Of a DNA stretch of 63,857 nt, positions 37,301 to 52,098 are shown one piece after another (position 1 is the first letter of the stretch; each line of letters starts with the position of its first letter). The stretch spans positions 558,144 to 622,000 of the forward strand of contig NW_019091361.1 of assembly GCF_001949145.1 (NCBI RefSeq), given 5' to 3'. Source of the DNA: Acanthaster planci. Lineage: Eukaryota. The notes under the pieces were generated by a model. The model saw only the letters and a list, made by a program, of their open reading frames with translations. It ran no database searches and was not told where the DNA came from. A program made the translations under genes and the position numbers.

Positions 37301-40300
37301 TTTAAGACTAAAAAAAAACAATCACTTGCCAAAACCACCAACAAATGATGGAATCAAGTTTCCCCTATTAATAAAAATTATCAAGCAACAATATGACAGC
37401 AAACATGTTACTAGGAAGAAAAGATTGACTTTGTCAGACTAAATGTTTTGAAGGCATGTAAATAGATGAGATCCTGAATTCCAGAAAGACATGACCATCA
37501 ATTGTAAAGCACTTGAAAGTAGCACTTGGCCATGTACATGTACATATTATTACTCTTTAGATGAAAGGCTCAGAAGGCTTAATATCTTTTACAGAGTCAA
37601 ACAACTGGATGGAGGCGAAGGAGGCAGCCATACAATTGAACATGACAGGTGAGGATTTGCAGACTCTCTCAAGCTTTCTAAGATGATCTGAATACAACAA
37701 ACCATTACATGAATCTAGGCCATGTGAAGTAGGACCAGGCCTACACTACATGATAAGTGTTAAGGGCCTGTAGGATGGCTCCATGGCCATGGCATTAAAC
37801 TCCATTATTTTTAAGTGATTCTGCCTAGCCATTCCATTCAAATGAATGGGTGGGCTGGCATCTTTCAAACTCTACATAACCCATCAAAATGAAGTTTTTT
37901 ACTCACTATTAAAAGTGAATGACATTATCCAAAGAACTTCATACAATCTGACACAAATGTACTAAACCAAAATGTGATACCATCCCGTACTGATCAGTAT
38001 TTTCAGAGCAATATGGCTTAATGGTGAGCAATCCCTACAGACCAATGGTTATGAATGTCAAGAGGTTTTTTTTAGATTGATGAATAGCGTACGACTCCAG
38101 AGATAATGTCTAATTCACTCTGGGGCCTTCTGAGACAGTAATTGCCCTCTGTTGTGGGAGAAAATATGAATAATTCATGCTCTGGTGTGAGACAACTGGT
38201 GAAAAGCTGTTCAAAGAACTGGTTGGATGGACCAGGGGAAAAAAATATGAATGCCCAGACACTGACAAAGAGAGACACATCAGCAACGACCAATGGCAGG
38301 ACAAAACAACCGATAGATGGGATTCTTTTTCTCATTCTATCACTGTCACAATCACAAGAGTAAGTTTACAGTGACAGTATTGATTACCCAAAAAAGTTGG
38401 ACAAGTTCATGATGTCCCCAACATTCTAAGCAGGATATCAGTAGGCCGATGGGGACATCTACTCCACCCCCCCAAAAAATCTGACCTGGAAAAAATGGGA
38501 GAAAAATCTCATGAATGCCATTACAATGATTCATCATTAATAATTTATTGACCTTTTGTTTCTTTGGTTTCTTGTAAAAAAAACCACTATATGCTTCCCA
38601 GATTTTGTTAGCCATTTACCTATACAATTAAAAAAGACCAAATGTACAAAATAAGTTACATGTATATCCAACAGAAACTAAACCTCAACAACAGTATGCT
38701 GATGTCAATACTGTGCATCAGAAACTCACTCTAGAAATGTAAAATTTCCAGACATCTTCATTTTAAATAAGATATGAACCTTTTTTCAAAAATTACCAAT
38801 AAAGTAACATCAGAGCGTAGCCTACATGAAAAGTCTATTTTTGGAAAAACTTGGTTCCATCTCGAATGAGCTTCAGAAGACAGCCGTGCTGTTAATTTCC
38901 GATGGCAATACCCCAGGGTAAGTGACAATTATAATTTGGTTGCATGCACATGTCTTGCTAACATTTCTTGGCACCAATGTGTAACCAATCAATAACTTTG
39001 CCAGGCTTTTCTCCTTCCTGCAAACCCCTTCAACTTGATTTCTCTGGAGAGACTACAGCAGGGTGCGACCGAGTGCCTCAAAGTGCAAAAACAGATTACA
39101 GAGTTAACGCACCGGCAATCAAAAAGCATCACCAACAAGCCTGTGACCTTGGTCCAGGGCAGCGTAACTCTGGACAGGACGTGGACATGCCATGTGCCAA
39201 GAGACAACGCCACCAAACCCTATTGGATGGCCCATCCGGACAAACCTAAAGAGCAGCTGACCAATTGACACTGATCATGATGGTGTCTGACTGACTGTCT
39301 GGTAATAGACATGGGAAATAGACATGGCACGCTCCAGCCAAATGAATGCCATCTGTGACCAAAATCTGGCGTCACTTCTACAGTCTGCAATCGTGCGGAA
39401 CCCAACCAACTGATACCATTCTTCATAACTGTCTCTTTTCTCCCAACTTTTTCATAAAAGAACATGCTGCGTTGACCTTAAATGAAACCGGGTTAGAAAA
39501 AAATGAACAATGAATCTATATTTTGGGCTGTTTCTCTAGTTTGTTTCCATTGATGAAACAAACTCATAGAGTAGCGTAAGTAGTGGATCAAAATAAAATT
39601 GTTAGCAAAATTGGAAAGCCACACATGTACACTATGTTAACATTTTATGGCTGTTACTAGGCATGAAATGTGCCCATCTATCTCCAGCACTGGCTCAAAT
39701 TACAGTGATGCAAAGGTGGAAATGTGCAGCATATACATGTACATACAAGCATAACATGTCAGGGATTGTCAAAACTATCGTTCTGATTAAAACAAAGTTA
39801 GATGTTGTGTTGGCTCATTGCAAACAAGTACAATAAGCCGAGACCCTGTCCAAGTACTATGATTTAACTTGAGCTCAATTTGATAGGTGCTGCCAAATGG
39901 CATTTGACTACAGAGGTCAAAAGCCATTATGATATGAAAGTCATAACGCATTCCTGGGTAGCATATCAAGGGAGGAGTCCCGTAACTAGACACCATCTGG
40001 GATTATCATCAGGCCTTCAAGGAGGGAGTAAAAAAATAATAACATCGAATATAAAACGAAATTGCTTCAAGGATCCCCGAGGTCCACTGATTGTCTGGTG
40101 GAAAATTTGGATCCCTCTATAACGAGTTAATTAAGACCATAAAAATGAATGATTGAATTTAGTTGAAAATGCTGTAAATGACAATGGATTTTGTAATCTG
40201 CTGAGAACCTAAAAAAGATGAGCTCCACAGCATTTCCAAACCTAGTTCAGTTTGAAGAAGAGTAGAATATATCAAACACTGGTGTACTGTAGAAAAGATT

Positions 40301-43300
40301 CAAATGCAGGTATTTCACATTTTCATGGAGAGATGTTTTGAAAATCTTTAGAAAAGTGACATATGACGGATTTTTACCAGTTAATTCTCTAAAGACAGGC
40401 ATGCAACTTGGACTTCGACAAAAAACGAGGAAAATCCAATCTTTACAAGACTTTGTACAGTATTTTCCAATTTTTAATGGCGCGAGTGTGAAGTGAAAAT
40501 GAGGAAATCAGCTGATCTTAGGAAAAGTTACATGCCTGTAAAGAACTTAAAACAGCTCTCTTTATTAAGGTTCAATCATGGAAGTAGTATTTAGTTCAGT
40601 TCAGTCACATGGAAGTGGAAACTATCCACTTGTGTGGTCCATCCTCTGTCGCAAGGTATTTCATAAATCTACCAGGAAAACTCATGTAGCTGGTCAATTG
40701 GATTTACATACATGTAGCTAGTACGACAGGGTTTTTTATTCTTGCTTTATATCTCTTACATCACAGAAATAGAGAGGTTGGATTGGCTTCTGCCTTTTAG
40801 TACAAGCTGATTGGCCAGATAAGGCATGATGGATTTCACTGACAACGCTCCAAAGCTTACATCAAACAGAGCAGACCTTTCCAGGCTAATTCTCCATCAG
40901 GGATTTTAAGCCGGTGTTCTGCCTTTCTTGGTTCAATCCAAGCCAAGCAGGGACCAGGGATGTCTCTATAGCTGTGCCGGTGCCATGATCTGAAGTAATC
41001 TGCCTCAACTGCTAGTTCCTCCCCCCCCCAGGTGGAATTCACCCAGCAAATTGCCTCAGCTTGTGCATGTTGATGTCACGCTAGTGAGCCTAGCCTTGCT
41101 TTGCTCATCTTCTCTCCCAACTCCCCTTCCTCCATCCAACCCCCCCCCACGTAGCCTTTGCAGTCTGCCTCGCCACCATTTCCTCACCATGAGAGCCATC
41201 TGGTCAATGCTGAACCTGGTTATGCACGACTGCAAGTCCAATGACTGCTTTGCTGTATTCCTGTACTGTACCCAGGCCCAAGTGTGCCTCGTTGGCCAAT
41301 ATCTAAGGTCTCACACAGCCCGGTTCCGGTGAACACGCTCACAGCTTTCTCTCGCTGGTCTCACCCTACTACTGCTGCTAAACTGATAGAGAAATGGGAG
41401 GGGGGGGTTGACCGGACTTAGGGGAAGGAAAAGTACAATGCACCGTGTAAGGCGACAACAGCCAAGACTGGATTCGGGCGTATAGGTTCTGATTCAACAC
41501 GTTTTCCTCCAATTTAGGGATGCCATCCAAAGGTCATCATCTCACAATGTAATATTGGACAATTTATATGTCTTGACATCCTACGGAAACACAGGATTCA
41601 AAGTGGATTTCAGAGAAAGAGAAATCAGTACCAAACAAACCTGCTGTCATTATGCCAAACATTGCATTGTTGAAGGATTGAAATGAAGACAACCGCTACA
41701 CAGAGAAAATGTTTTGCAATGACACTGGACTGTGGACTTCTGGATAAAACATTAGCAGAGGCTATTCAGGGCAATATTTTTCCCTGGACCTGAGGAAAAG
41801 AATTTATTAAAAATTCAAGTCAAACCTTTTTGGTACATGTAGTATTTTGAAAACTCTTTCTAGCATGTTTTTGAAAATGAATAAGCCACTACTTCTGTTA
41901 CTTCATTAAATAACACGACATTGTCGATGAGTATTTTCATTTTACATGTGTTTTTCAATATAACCATGATGAGTTACAATAACTTATATGTAATTCTCCA
42001 GTATTTTGACGCAAGAGTACAACTGTGCCTCAAACACACATCCACCAGCCCTACAAAGGCAAAGTTCCATTTCTCTTAACACCTTTATTTCACCGCATGG
42101 CTTAGTTTTGAACAGCAGACTTTTTTTTCAAGGATTTGGACTCCCAGAAAGTTGCACTTGTTAACAGATTGTGACAATCAGCAAGGGTCAAGGGTCGGAG
42201 AGAAACCATTTTGCCAGAGGTAAGGCACCTGTGCTGTGTTGGCAATAGGGACTGAACAACCTGTTAGCAGAGGTAACCTAATTGGGTGCAGATTTATACA
42301 AAGAGTGCAGACTATTCTTTTAATACCAAAAGAAGTTCAAGAGCAAGCATTTTCATTTTTTCACTGGTTGATCAAAGTTATGAGCAGGTTTTCATACAAT
42401 GTTGGTAGTTCTGCATGAAGCTGAGTATGCTGTGTTGACTCATGCATCATATTCATTTCTAACGGTATTTAGTCGATATATCGGTACGTACAACGGTGTA
42501 AAATCTATGAAGTGGGATCAATGACTGTACATGTATTGTCTGGTTTGTCATGGGCCTTCTTGGAATGTGAAATGTGCCCAGAGAAATCACCATAGTCATA
42601 AAAACTAAAGGTGTATCAAGGGCAACAGAGCTGGCAAGTTTTAGGTCCCGGCAAACATTTGGCATGGTATCATTCCAACTATCTACTTCTCGCTGGAAGG
42701 CACAGGGGCTGTCCTCTCCACAGCAGCCAAAGATAGCAAAACAAGGGGCATAGGCTAGCCACCCAAACTGGTATTAGTAGCTAAAAGCCCACCACGGGCA
42801 AGTAAGACCATCTGTGTTTTAGTTATGCCATAAAGGCTCATCCAACTGCTAACCGGTCATAGCACTTTCAGAAAGGCGCATACCAAGAGACCAGACAATT
42901 GCATGCTTAAGTTTTTTTGCCATTTTTTTGCACATGGCAAAGTTGTGAAGAGGGAAACGTGGCCGAACTTGAGGACACAGCCAAAAGACAGTGTGGCAGT
43001 AAGCCAAACAAACGGTGGCGTCTCTCAGGCGAAGACAAACAAGTATCTCAACCTTCCTTCTGTAAACAATCTGCAGGTTTATGGCCAGAAGGGCCGACTC
43101 CATTTCACCTTGATGTTCTTGAGTTGCAGGGGAGAGAGACAGTGTGTGGTCTAGCGGCATGCAGTAAAGAGGCAGTGCACACAAGTGGCACTCTCAAGAC
43201 TCTGAAACAATTTGACTTCTCCAATTTGGAGTATTTTTTTCCTGTTACCCACAAAACCTAGTCATAAAAAACGAGAACACAGCCTTACATAGTTTAAAAA

Positions 43301-45355
43301 AGGAAAGGAAATTTATCCTTTATGTTTGGATGGCAGATTTGTATGATTTAAATATCTCTGACAGATCATAATGGCACTTGGTAATGAAGTTACACCAAAT
43401 CTTCTTTTGTATCTTATTTGGAACAGATGTCAGATTCATGCATGATTTTGAGACTGAAATCCCAACTTCACAAAAAAATTAAATCCTCACTTTTGTGGAG
43501 ATAAATATCCTTAACTTTCTTGAGAGCAAACATTCCTTCAATATACCCGTTCTTTACAAGCGTTTACCCCAATGACTGCCCTATTTAAAGTACAGTTACT
43601 TCTCCTTTTTCTCTCCAATTGAAGCCCCAAGGCTTACAATAAAACCCATACAAACAGCTGTTGAATACTTGAAAGACCAGAATCTGCAAACCACTTAATT
43701 TAAATGGGGGTGCCTTTTCTCTTCAGAGGCTGATTCAAAATGGAAAGGCATAGTTGCAGGTCAACTTTTCAAGTGAATGCACGCTTTTTCCCCAAGCTTC
43801 TGCCATTAATCTCACAACAAAATTAACACCATCAAGAAGAAGAAATCCCTGTCTCTGTTTGCCACCAAAAAAAGGACCTCACTCCTACTGAAATTAGAAG
43901 GCATGCTTGCTATGTTCCCTAACAACGATACCGATGTAATTAATAACCTTGTCAGCGCTATACCAATCTTGTTGCACAGGGGATCATTGTTAACACAATC
44001 TGACATTTGTCCCAACTGAAGTTGGAGGAAAACTGGGGGAGAAAACTGAAAGGCTCTTTTGTTGGGGGTTAGTTATCGCCAAAGTAGATAGCAATTGCCT
44101 TGGCTGGACAAAATAGTGAGGAAGGAATAAGGCAAAACTATGGGCATGGGAGAACAGACTATAATGTATAGCTTTGCCTGCCTCGAGGAAGCCCATGGTA
44201 AGCTTGGCTGTCTGCCCTTTACAGAAAACCAACAGGCACTAATCCATTGCCACAGGTTGCATAATATTCAATCTTACCAGGCAGCAAGGAAATGAAACTC
44301 CCTGGCCTGCTGGCCCCTGGCGTAAACTGCTGGTGAAATAACACTGGGGATTGGAATTGGCTCCTCCCAAAATAATAAGCCAGGGGTATCATAGGGTACA
44401 AATGGGGCAAGAGATTATGCATATCCCTGCTTGTCCCCGTACTTCCCCGTGTAATGTTGCTAACGTCTGTTGTAATAGCCCCCTCGCCCTCCTTCCCAAA
44501 GAGGGGAGGTCAACCAGTCAGATGAAATATGTTAGGGCATCAACTTTGATAGGAAACACTCCTTGCTATAAAATGCTCTAACCATCCATATGAACTTCAA
44601 GCAGTTGAGGCTGCCTACAGCACAGTATTACTTGAGGGCATACTCCCAGGCTAACTCCAAGACAAAGCCAAATATTTCTCATTTCAAACGCTACATACTT
44701 AAGCTTTGCTCTGCTGCCCGCCAACTTACACTAGTTTTTCTAGGCAAGGGAAAGTGCACATTTCCGCTTAGTCCTTCTAGCTTCTACCATGCTAACCCAC
44801 AACTCTGTCACAAATTGCCCCAAAAAACCAATCTACTGCTCTCTACTCATCATCATCAACTACATTTACAAGACATTCAGATCCATGCAATGACTATTTA
44901 CAGTATTTTAACTAGCATAAAGATTGTACTGAATTTTTCAAGGACTCGGTTCAAAAAACTTTTGGTAGGCCTAAATGTAGCTTCACTGAAACCAATGAAT
45001 ATAATGTTACAATGGCTGGTTTCCTGCTCAAATGTGAATGGAATTTCAGTATCAGAGAAAAACCTCGGAAATAAATGAACTTTGACTCTGTGAGAAAATT
45101 CTTGGTTACAAAAATCAGGACAGGGACGCATGATCCATTTCAGTACCTGAACATCACACATGCAATTGGCTGAACATATGAACTGTTTTATAATATAAAA
45201 CAGAGAATGCCTGTACAATAAGTTTAGATTAATAACCCTAACTCCCAAATCATATTGCAATCCGCTGATTTGGGGCTGTTAGGGATGCTAAGGTGATATG
45301 GTTGGGAAACCAGTCAAGAACAATGTAAAAGTCAACATGTGCCGTTTCCTCTATC

Positions 45356-45479
45356 ATCACTGACCAAAATAGTAGCCTGAATCCCAAACAGATGATCAAT
45401 GACCAAAATAGTAGCCTGAATCCCGAACAGATGATCAATGACCAAAATAGTAGCCTGAATCCCAAACAGATGATCAATG
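45356..45479. repeat. 39-bp tandem repeat, about 3.2 copies
   Basis: Unit ATCAATGACCAAAATAGTAGCCTGAATCCCAAACAGATG, copies nearly identical. Confidence 0.95.
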
Positions 45480-48400
45480 GAAAACACACTCATATTGACA
45501 TTAATAGAAAATGTGAAATGGATGAACACTGGTCAGATGATAGCATGGCTTGCTGTTCATTACATTCAATCCCTTCGTAACAAAAGAAATGAACTCCAGA
45601 GACATGACTGGGTGACAAAACTTAAAACAGTGACAAGGTAAATATTCACAACTGACAATGTGTGTAAATTGTAGCTGTTATGGCACGCCGACACCTAGGA
45701 ATGCACTGAATAAATTCCACTTGTGATCATGTTCATAGTCACAGTCCTGCTGTGTTTTTATTTTGCGCACAGTGCCTTGCAGTGTAGGACTTGGGCTTTG
45801 GAACATGGCCTTATAATTACTAACAGCAAATATTGATCACACGGACTGCCCGGTACGTTTGCCATTGAACTAGACTGTACTTTTCATTTGGACAATAAGA
45901 AAATATAAATATTGCTCTGACTACAAATGGCATGTATGAAGAGTGATCATGATGACATCAAAATTACTTGTATTTGTTTATTTTGTTCAATAAATTATTT
46001 CATTCACTTGTGTCATTTTAATAATGGGAAGGACTGAATTTCGCGCATTCTATTCCAAAAAACTACCCATGATGACTGTACACGAGATTGCATTTCTCCA
46101 CTTTCTCATATTGTAAGTAATGGTACCAAATCTGGAAGCCATAAAAGATTATTACCTACCGGTATCTCTGAAAGAGTACATGAAAGATCACATGTCCTGA
46201 TAAAAAGAGGTTTGAAAACAATGAATGTTTGTGAACAAAGGTAACCTGCAAACCTACATGCTTAACCAAGCATAGTAAAGGATAAAAAAAAACCATAATA
46301 AACAAAATTCACAGCAATAAAAGCAAATAAAAAGTAATGGATTTCAAGACATTTTCGGTATATTGCCCAGGTGGACGGATAATAAGTTGACAATTAAAAA
46401 CGTTTTGTCCTTCTTTGGTTAGAACATTATCGTATGCAGCTCTGACAAGGTTAAAACAGAACACTCAGTGAAACATCATATTTTAAGACATTAAACTGAT
46501 TTCAACTCAGGCTAAATCCTCCATATATTACTGACCCTCATAAAATTTAAAATGGCAAAAACAATCAAGCACAAATGTTATAATTAGTCGGTATACACTG
46601 CTGACTTCTGTGATGCATTATTTACCGATGTCTTATAATCAGGCTTTCCATCTTCTGTAAATGGCAACAAATTGAAAACTGTTGTTGAAATTAAAAAACT
46701 CTAATTATCAATTAAAATCTGGCCATTGGATTTTCAGTCATTGGGGAAATTATACACATCTGTCAATTTTTCTGCAGGACAAAAAAATCTGCCAAGGTCG
46801 GCCATCCATTGTACTCAGTGCATAATCTTGACTTGTGCTTACAATGGGGGGGGGTGGTCTTGCCGATGTTATGCTCTGACTACAGATTGGAGCCTGTGCC
46901 CAGGCCATATTCACACCTGCCATTTTTAAACAAAAAACCCAAGCCGCTGGACATTTGTGTCTGGGATTTGTTTTGTGGGCCTTGTGGAAGCTAGCACCTT
47001 GGTAGAGGTGGTAGCAATACCACACCAATGAATACACACAATTGGCATAGTAATTTACGGCCACACTGTGGGGATTTTATAAAATCTCTTTATCTGTTTT
47101 TGATGGTTGTCTTTGTGACCTTGGAAACAGTGTTATCAGAGCAAAAGGCAACGTCTCTACACACCAACAACAAACAGACGTGGCAAGTCCATTTCCATCT
47201 CCCAGTAAATAGAAATATTCCCAATAAAAGCCAGTAAAAACTGTTTGCTACATGTATATCTCACTTTGTAGAACTAGAAGGCTTCAGTCTACCTGGATTA
47301 AATGTCAATTTTCTTTTGAAACGCAGATATATATAACTCACAATTTCAACATTTTAACTTATTTTGCTTCCTGAATGAAATGATTGGAAAGCACCTAAAA
47401 AAACACTATGGCAGGCATCATTTTTCACAAGTGACACCTTTTCTAGCCAGAGCGACAATGTGAATCTTTCACGGATATGTAACCAAAATGCTGCGCTTGA
47501 CAGAACGTGCCTAATTGCATCAAAACCATCCTTGTGGATTAAAAATCCTACATGCATCGTGGAAAGAATTTCATGCATAAATTAGTTCACCGTAATTAAT
47601 CAAATACTGTCAGAGTCACTTGGCAGAAACACTGGCCTGCTCATAATCGATGTGAAGAAACAGCATTTAAAGTAAAACAAAAAGGGTGGAATAAGCCATG
47701 GCCTTGGGGTCACACCAATTATGAAGGATAACAATTCAACATATTGGCAGAATAGGGATAGACTGTTGTCCTCAAAACAAGATAAGCCTTTAAGTTACAT
47801 ACCCTGTGAAAAGATCTTCATTTTCAACAATCTTCTTCCAGAAGACCTCCATGACGGTGATGAGAACCAACTTGACAAACCAAATAACACAGTCACACTG
47901 TAAATTGGATGGAGGTTTGAAGTTGATGGTTAGATGTCCGGCCAAAGATGGTTGCTGATGTCTACTTCTGATACACGGCAATCCGAGGTAAACTGGAAGT
48001 GTTTCGCTTGAAAAACAACTGCTGCGTTGGAAGAAAGCCAGTTAGGAAAACAATTGGATCGTCTGAAATACACTTGCGAGCCTCGTTAACAACTCAGATA
48101 TTTGGAAAGATCCAATAACTAGCTGAAAAGAAACACGACCATTCACACCCCAGGTACTTATGGTACTGGGTCACTGGGCCCTCTGGTCCTAAGTTACTGA
48201 GAACGTGGTGGGCCTATACATTAGTTGAAGGTAGCTGGACTTAAACTGCAGTGAAAGACGTGAGTATAAGGCTGGTTGTCAAATGTCAAGAGTGGTTTCA
48301 ACAACTACAGGCTCAACCAAAAGTGTGGAACGATCTCCTGGCTCAATAGCAGCAGAAAAACAAGGCAGAGTGTGTTAGCGGCATGGTTGGTAGTCGGTCT

Positions 48401-51400
48401 CATCTGATGCCTGGTGGTAGGAGCCCTGTCTGGCCCACAACCACAGCCTGCAGCTTGTAAAATGCCTTAGCTGGCATATCTCCCTCTCGTATTATAGCCT
48501 TGTATCCCAGCAATGCGCACACTGCACTATGGTTTACAGTGTTCTTGCACACCCACAGTGCACGTACACTCTACCTCCTAAAGTTCAGTCAAGGCCAATA
48601 GCAACCCCTCAGCCCGCTGGTAAACAGTGCGATGACAGCTTGTTATGAACATGAACTTAGTGCAGTCCACCAACTAGTCTTGTGTCCTGGGTTCCCACGT
48701 CGAGGCTCCCCGGCATGCTTGGGATTTGCTCAGCTGTGGAGTGTCTTTCATAAAAGGCAGCAGACCAACTCTGCCAATTTGCATGGTGTATGGGTAAGAA
48801 GCAGGTTGTGCTGCATGCACTAAGCTTGAATGGAAAACAGCAATGCCAAATCAAAAGGACTGACCTCCTTTTAGGGGGCTGGAGTCATTGAACAGGAAAT
48901 ATTGCGATTAAATGGGCAGGGGAAAAATGACAGTTGAATGATAACAAGAACGCCTATTTTGTGAGCCGATGATACAGCCATTGTGGCCAAACTTGTCGAG
49001 AATAATGGCAAGGCACACAAATGGCTCTTAAAATACCAATGTGTGCTTTAGGTTGACAAGCACTTTTTTTTAAAGCAGCAATACAGAAATATAGATGTAC
49101 GTGTGTGTAATGCATAAAAGGCAGCTGGGTCGAACAAAGACATTCGCAAAAAAAGCTGAGCCTATCTCCCTAGTAAGGCATGAGTAGCAACAAGCAGAAA
49201 GGAACTGGCAGCCCTGCCTGTGGGCAATTCAAATCACGGTAAAAAGATTTGATAAAGGTAGCAGCCTAATACAAAATTGGATAGTTCTTGTGCACTTTGG
49301 GCTGGCTGCTTTCACGTAGACAGAACGAGTCATCACTTAACACTACTTACAGAGAAAGAAAAAAAATGGAAGAAATGGTGATAAGGCAAAAAGTAACAGA
49401 CAGCTGTTGGTAAAATACTTAAAATGATTATGAATAACAGTAGACATCACGTCAAATATTTTACTGGCGAATCACGTTCCCCAGGGGTAGCTTACCAACA
49501 CACAGAAAAACAACATGTAGAATGCTAATTTGATAAGAGTATGTGGAATTAGGTACAGGTACAAATGAGGAAGGAAACTGATGCAGGAAGAAATGGCAAT
49601 GACTATTAACATGTGCCACAGCTATAAAACAGAAAATGGAAAAAGAAAAATGAGAACAGACAAAATGCAATGAAAGAACAGATGACTGGTTGTAATCTAA
49701 AAAGTCACTATGCAGTATGTGAACAAAGAAAAACATTCCGACCAATACAGTGTACCGTTTAGTTGAGACATCAAAACTGAGATAGGGAAGTTCTTCAAAG
49801 TTGCAAAAGAGCTCTTCTTTTTGGCTTAATTAATGGGTAAGATATCTTAACAGGTACCAGTTACAAGATAATCAACAGTAGTTGAGCAACACCTTGTTGA
49901 TCTACAGGTCTTCTCCTTTTGTAGCCAGTTCTACTCATAATCCCTAGCTGTAACTGTTACTGAATTAGTGTTTAATCCTGTTTACCTGGTGGATTTAATC
50001 CATACTGATGTAATTCAACAGGGTTTAGAGTATTGTGGTGTTCAGCAGACATTTGATCCTAAAAGGACATGCTTTAACAGCCATGGCCAAATTAGTCAAG
50101 TTGCTTAAAGAGTATGGCTGTATTAATCACAGGTTTGGATGGCCAAGAAAGATATCTTGACCACAATATTTTGGGGATCACTGGTACAATGTACAACTAA
50201 TATATGCAATCCAAACAAATACAGAACAGTCAATACTCAGGAGATTCTCACTGACAGTACTGGGACTTACGGCTCCACTAATTTCTGCATTATGTTAGTG
50301 GACTAGTCCCAGCATCGACCAAAATGACCGGAGCGCGGTAAGACTGGACATGTGGTACAAATACCATGTATAATACAGTGAGCGATTTTGTTTCAATATT
50401 CTGTATACCTAATTTGCTGCACAATTTTCTTTTTGTATAGCTAAAAAATGATTCTGTGTCGCATTTAATTAGTTGCGCAGAGCAAATACAAAACAGATGA
50501 TTAAAAGTCAAAACTAGGGGTCAGGGAATTTTGGTGGGTGGGGCGGCGACAGTCAACAATTTCTTTATGTGGCCTGAGAATAAACATATATGTACAGCTA
50601 GAGGAAGGCCAAGTTCGGATAACTTTGTCATACTCGTAGTCTAGAGTCTTTGGTTTATGTGAATTCAACTTTAACTTGAGTTGAAAAAGTTTGTGCACGA
50701 TGATACACCTACAGTGTTATATCTTATCACTAGCCATGTGCATGCCGATTGGCCCCGGTCGGTAAGCCTAAGTCTGTCCACAGCAGGTTTCCAGAACTAC
50801 TGCTACGTCTATTAGTATTACTAGTGGGTCTCTGCATGTTTTCAATGAAGTGAAGACATGTATACATGCAACCCTTTCTCTACACCATGGTTTTTACGCT
50901 GTGCTGGAGTCTGGTTTGTAGTCCGTCTACGGTGTATCTTTCAGTGGTGCAGCGTGGCAGCGGGAACCAATCTCGTGCATGCTGCACGTACGTTCTTCAC
51001 AGTGAAAACTTTCCAAGTTGCATGTGCAGCCTGCCTGCAACTATGTACGCATATACATGTATGTTTCATGTATGTTGTCACTGTGGTACAGCGACTGTCT
51101 TGTGGGATTTTCATCCTATTTTGACTTATTTTACCATTAACAGTTCAGGTAACAATTTGTCAAAGATCCCCTAAGATTTGTTTTAATTCTTTGGAAATCT
51201 CCATCACAAAGTGTATCACATGTTGCATCCAGCAACTGTGATGTAATTTTGAAAACGAAAGCAACATTGCCAAACCACATCACGAAAAAAGATGCAATAC
51301 AGGGGAAATCACTCACTGTGATACAACGTAAATTGAGTGCGTATGCGCCTTCCAAGTCTCTCAACACTCTGGTGTACATGAAACTGCCAAAAGAAATACA

Positions 51401-52051
51401 AAGATTTGAAAAGGCACATGCCTCCATGGACATGTTATGCTTCCTGATATGCCTTAGCGCGTCATGTTACATCATGTGAAAAACCTCTATATAAGGAGAT
51501 TGTTTATGACTACTCGTGAGAGACACAAACATGTACCATAACATGGCATAAGGGATGTTTGCAAGAAATAAAGTAAACTGTTGAACAAACTCGAAGGACT
51601 TTCATTATTTTTCAACTGACTTTCTGACTCAAAAGGTATTTATAAATGGGGACACATGAGTGCTTTGGCCAGTCTTAAACATTCAGCTCAAGAGAATGGA
51701 CAGTTGGCAAGGGACATTATCAGCATCCATTCTCCTAATCGGACCAAGAAAACATTTATTGATATTCCCTTGTAAAAAATGTCCACAAAAACACAAAAAG
51801 GTGTATGCATATAATTGAATCAAAACAAGTTAAAAGGTTTTCAAATTATGTCTTTCAAATTTTCCATGGTCCAATTTACCAAACACATAAATGTCATCAA
51901 ACCTAATCGTTGCATTTTCTGAACTCAACAGTTCAAATATTTTATCCATCATTTTTTCCAATACTTCAAGGTAGATGAGTAGAAATCCTTCAAAAATTTG
52001 ACAGTTTCACATACAAGTATGGCAGACCAGTCTTGTCTCTGAACAACAACT

Positions 52052-52098
52052 TGACCTTGCGTGACCTCAAGCAGTCTGTCACTGACCTAGAGTGACCC
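52052..52098 (-). promoter_or_regulatory. Tandem pair of DR4 nuclear receptor response elements
   Basis: Plus strand TGACCT-tgcg-TGACCT (52052-52067) and TGACCT-agag-TGACCC (52083-52098). Confidence 0.55.

Noticed and set aside
36697..37321. Overlapping 131-169 aa ORFs in a slightly GC-richer patch with a possible acceptor near 37308
   Set aside because: No recognisable domain or linked exons. It could be a non-coding exon, but that cannot be supported here.
44590..45078. 162-aa plus-strand ORF
   Set aside because: No domain-like features, and the composition is typical of a random AT-rich ORF.
45250..45580. ORFs with 13-aa repeats (MINDQNSSLNPKQ)
   Set aside because: Product of the 39-bp tandem repeat.
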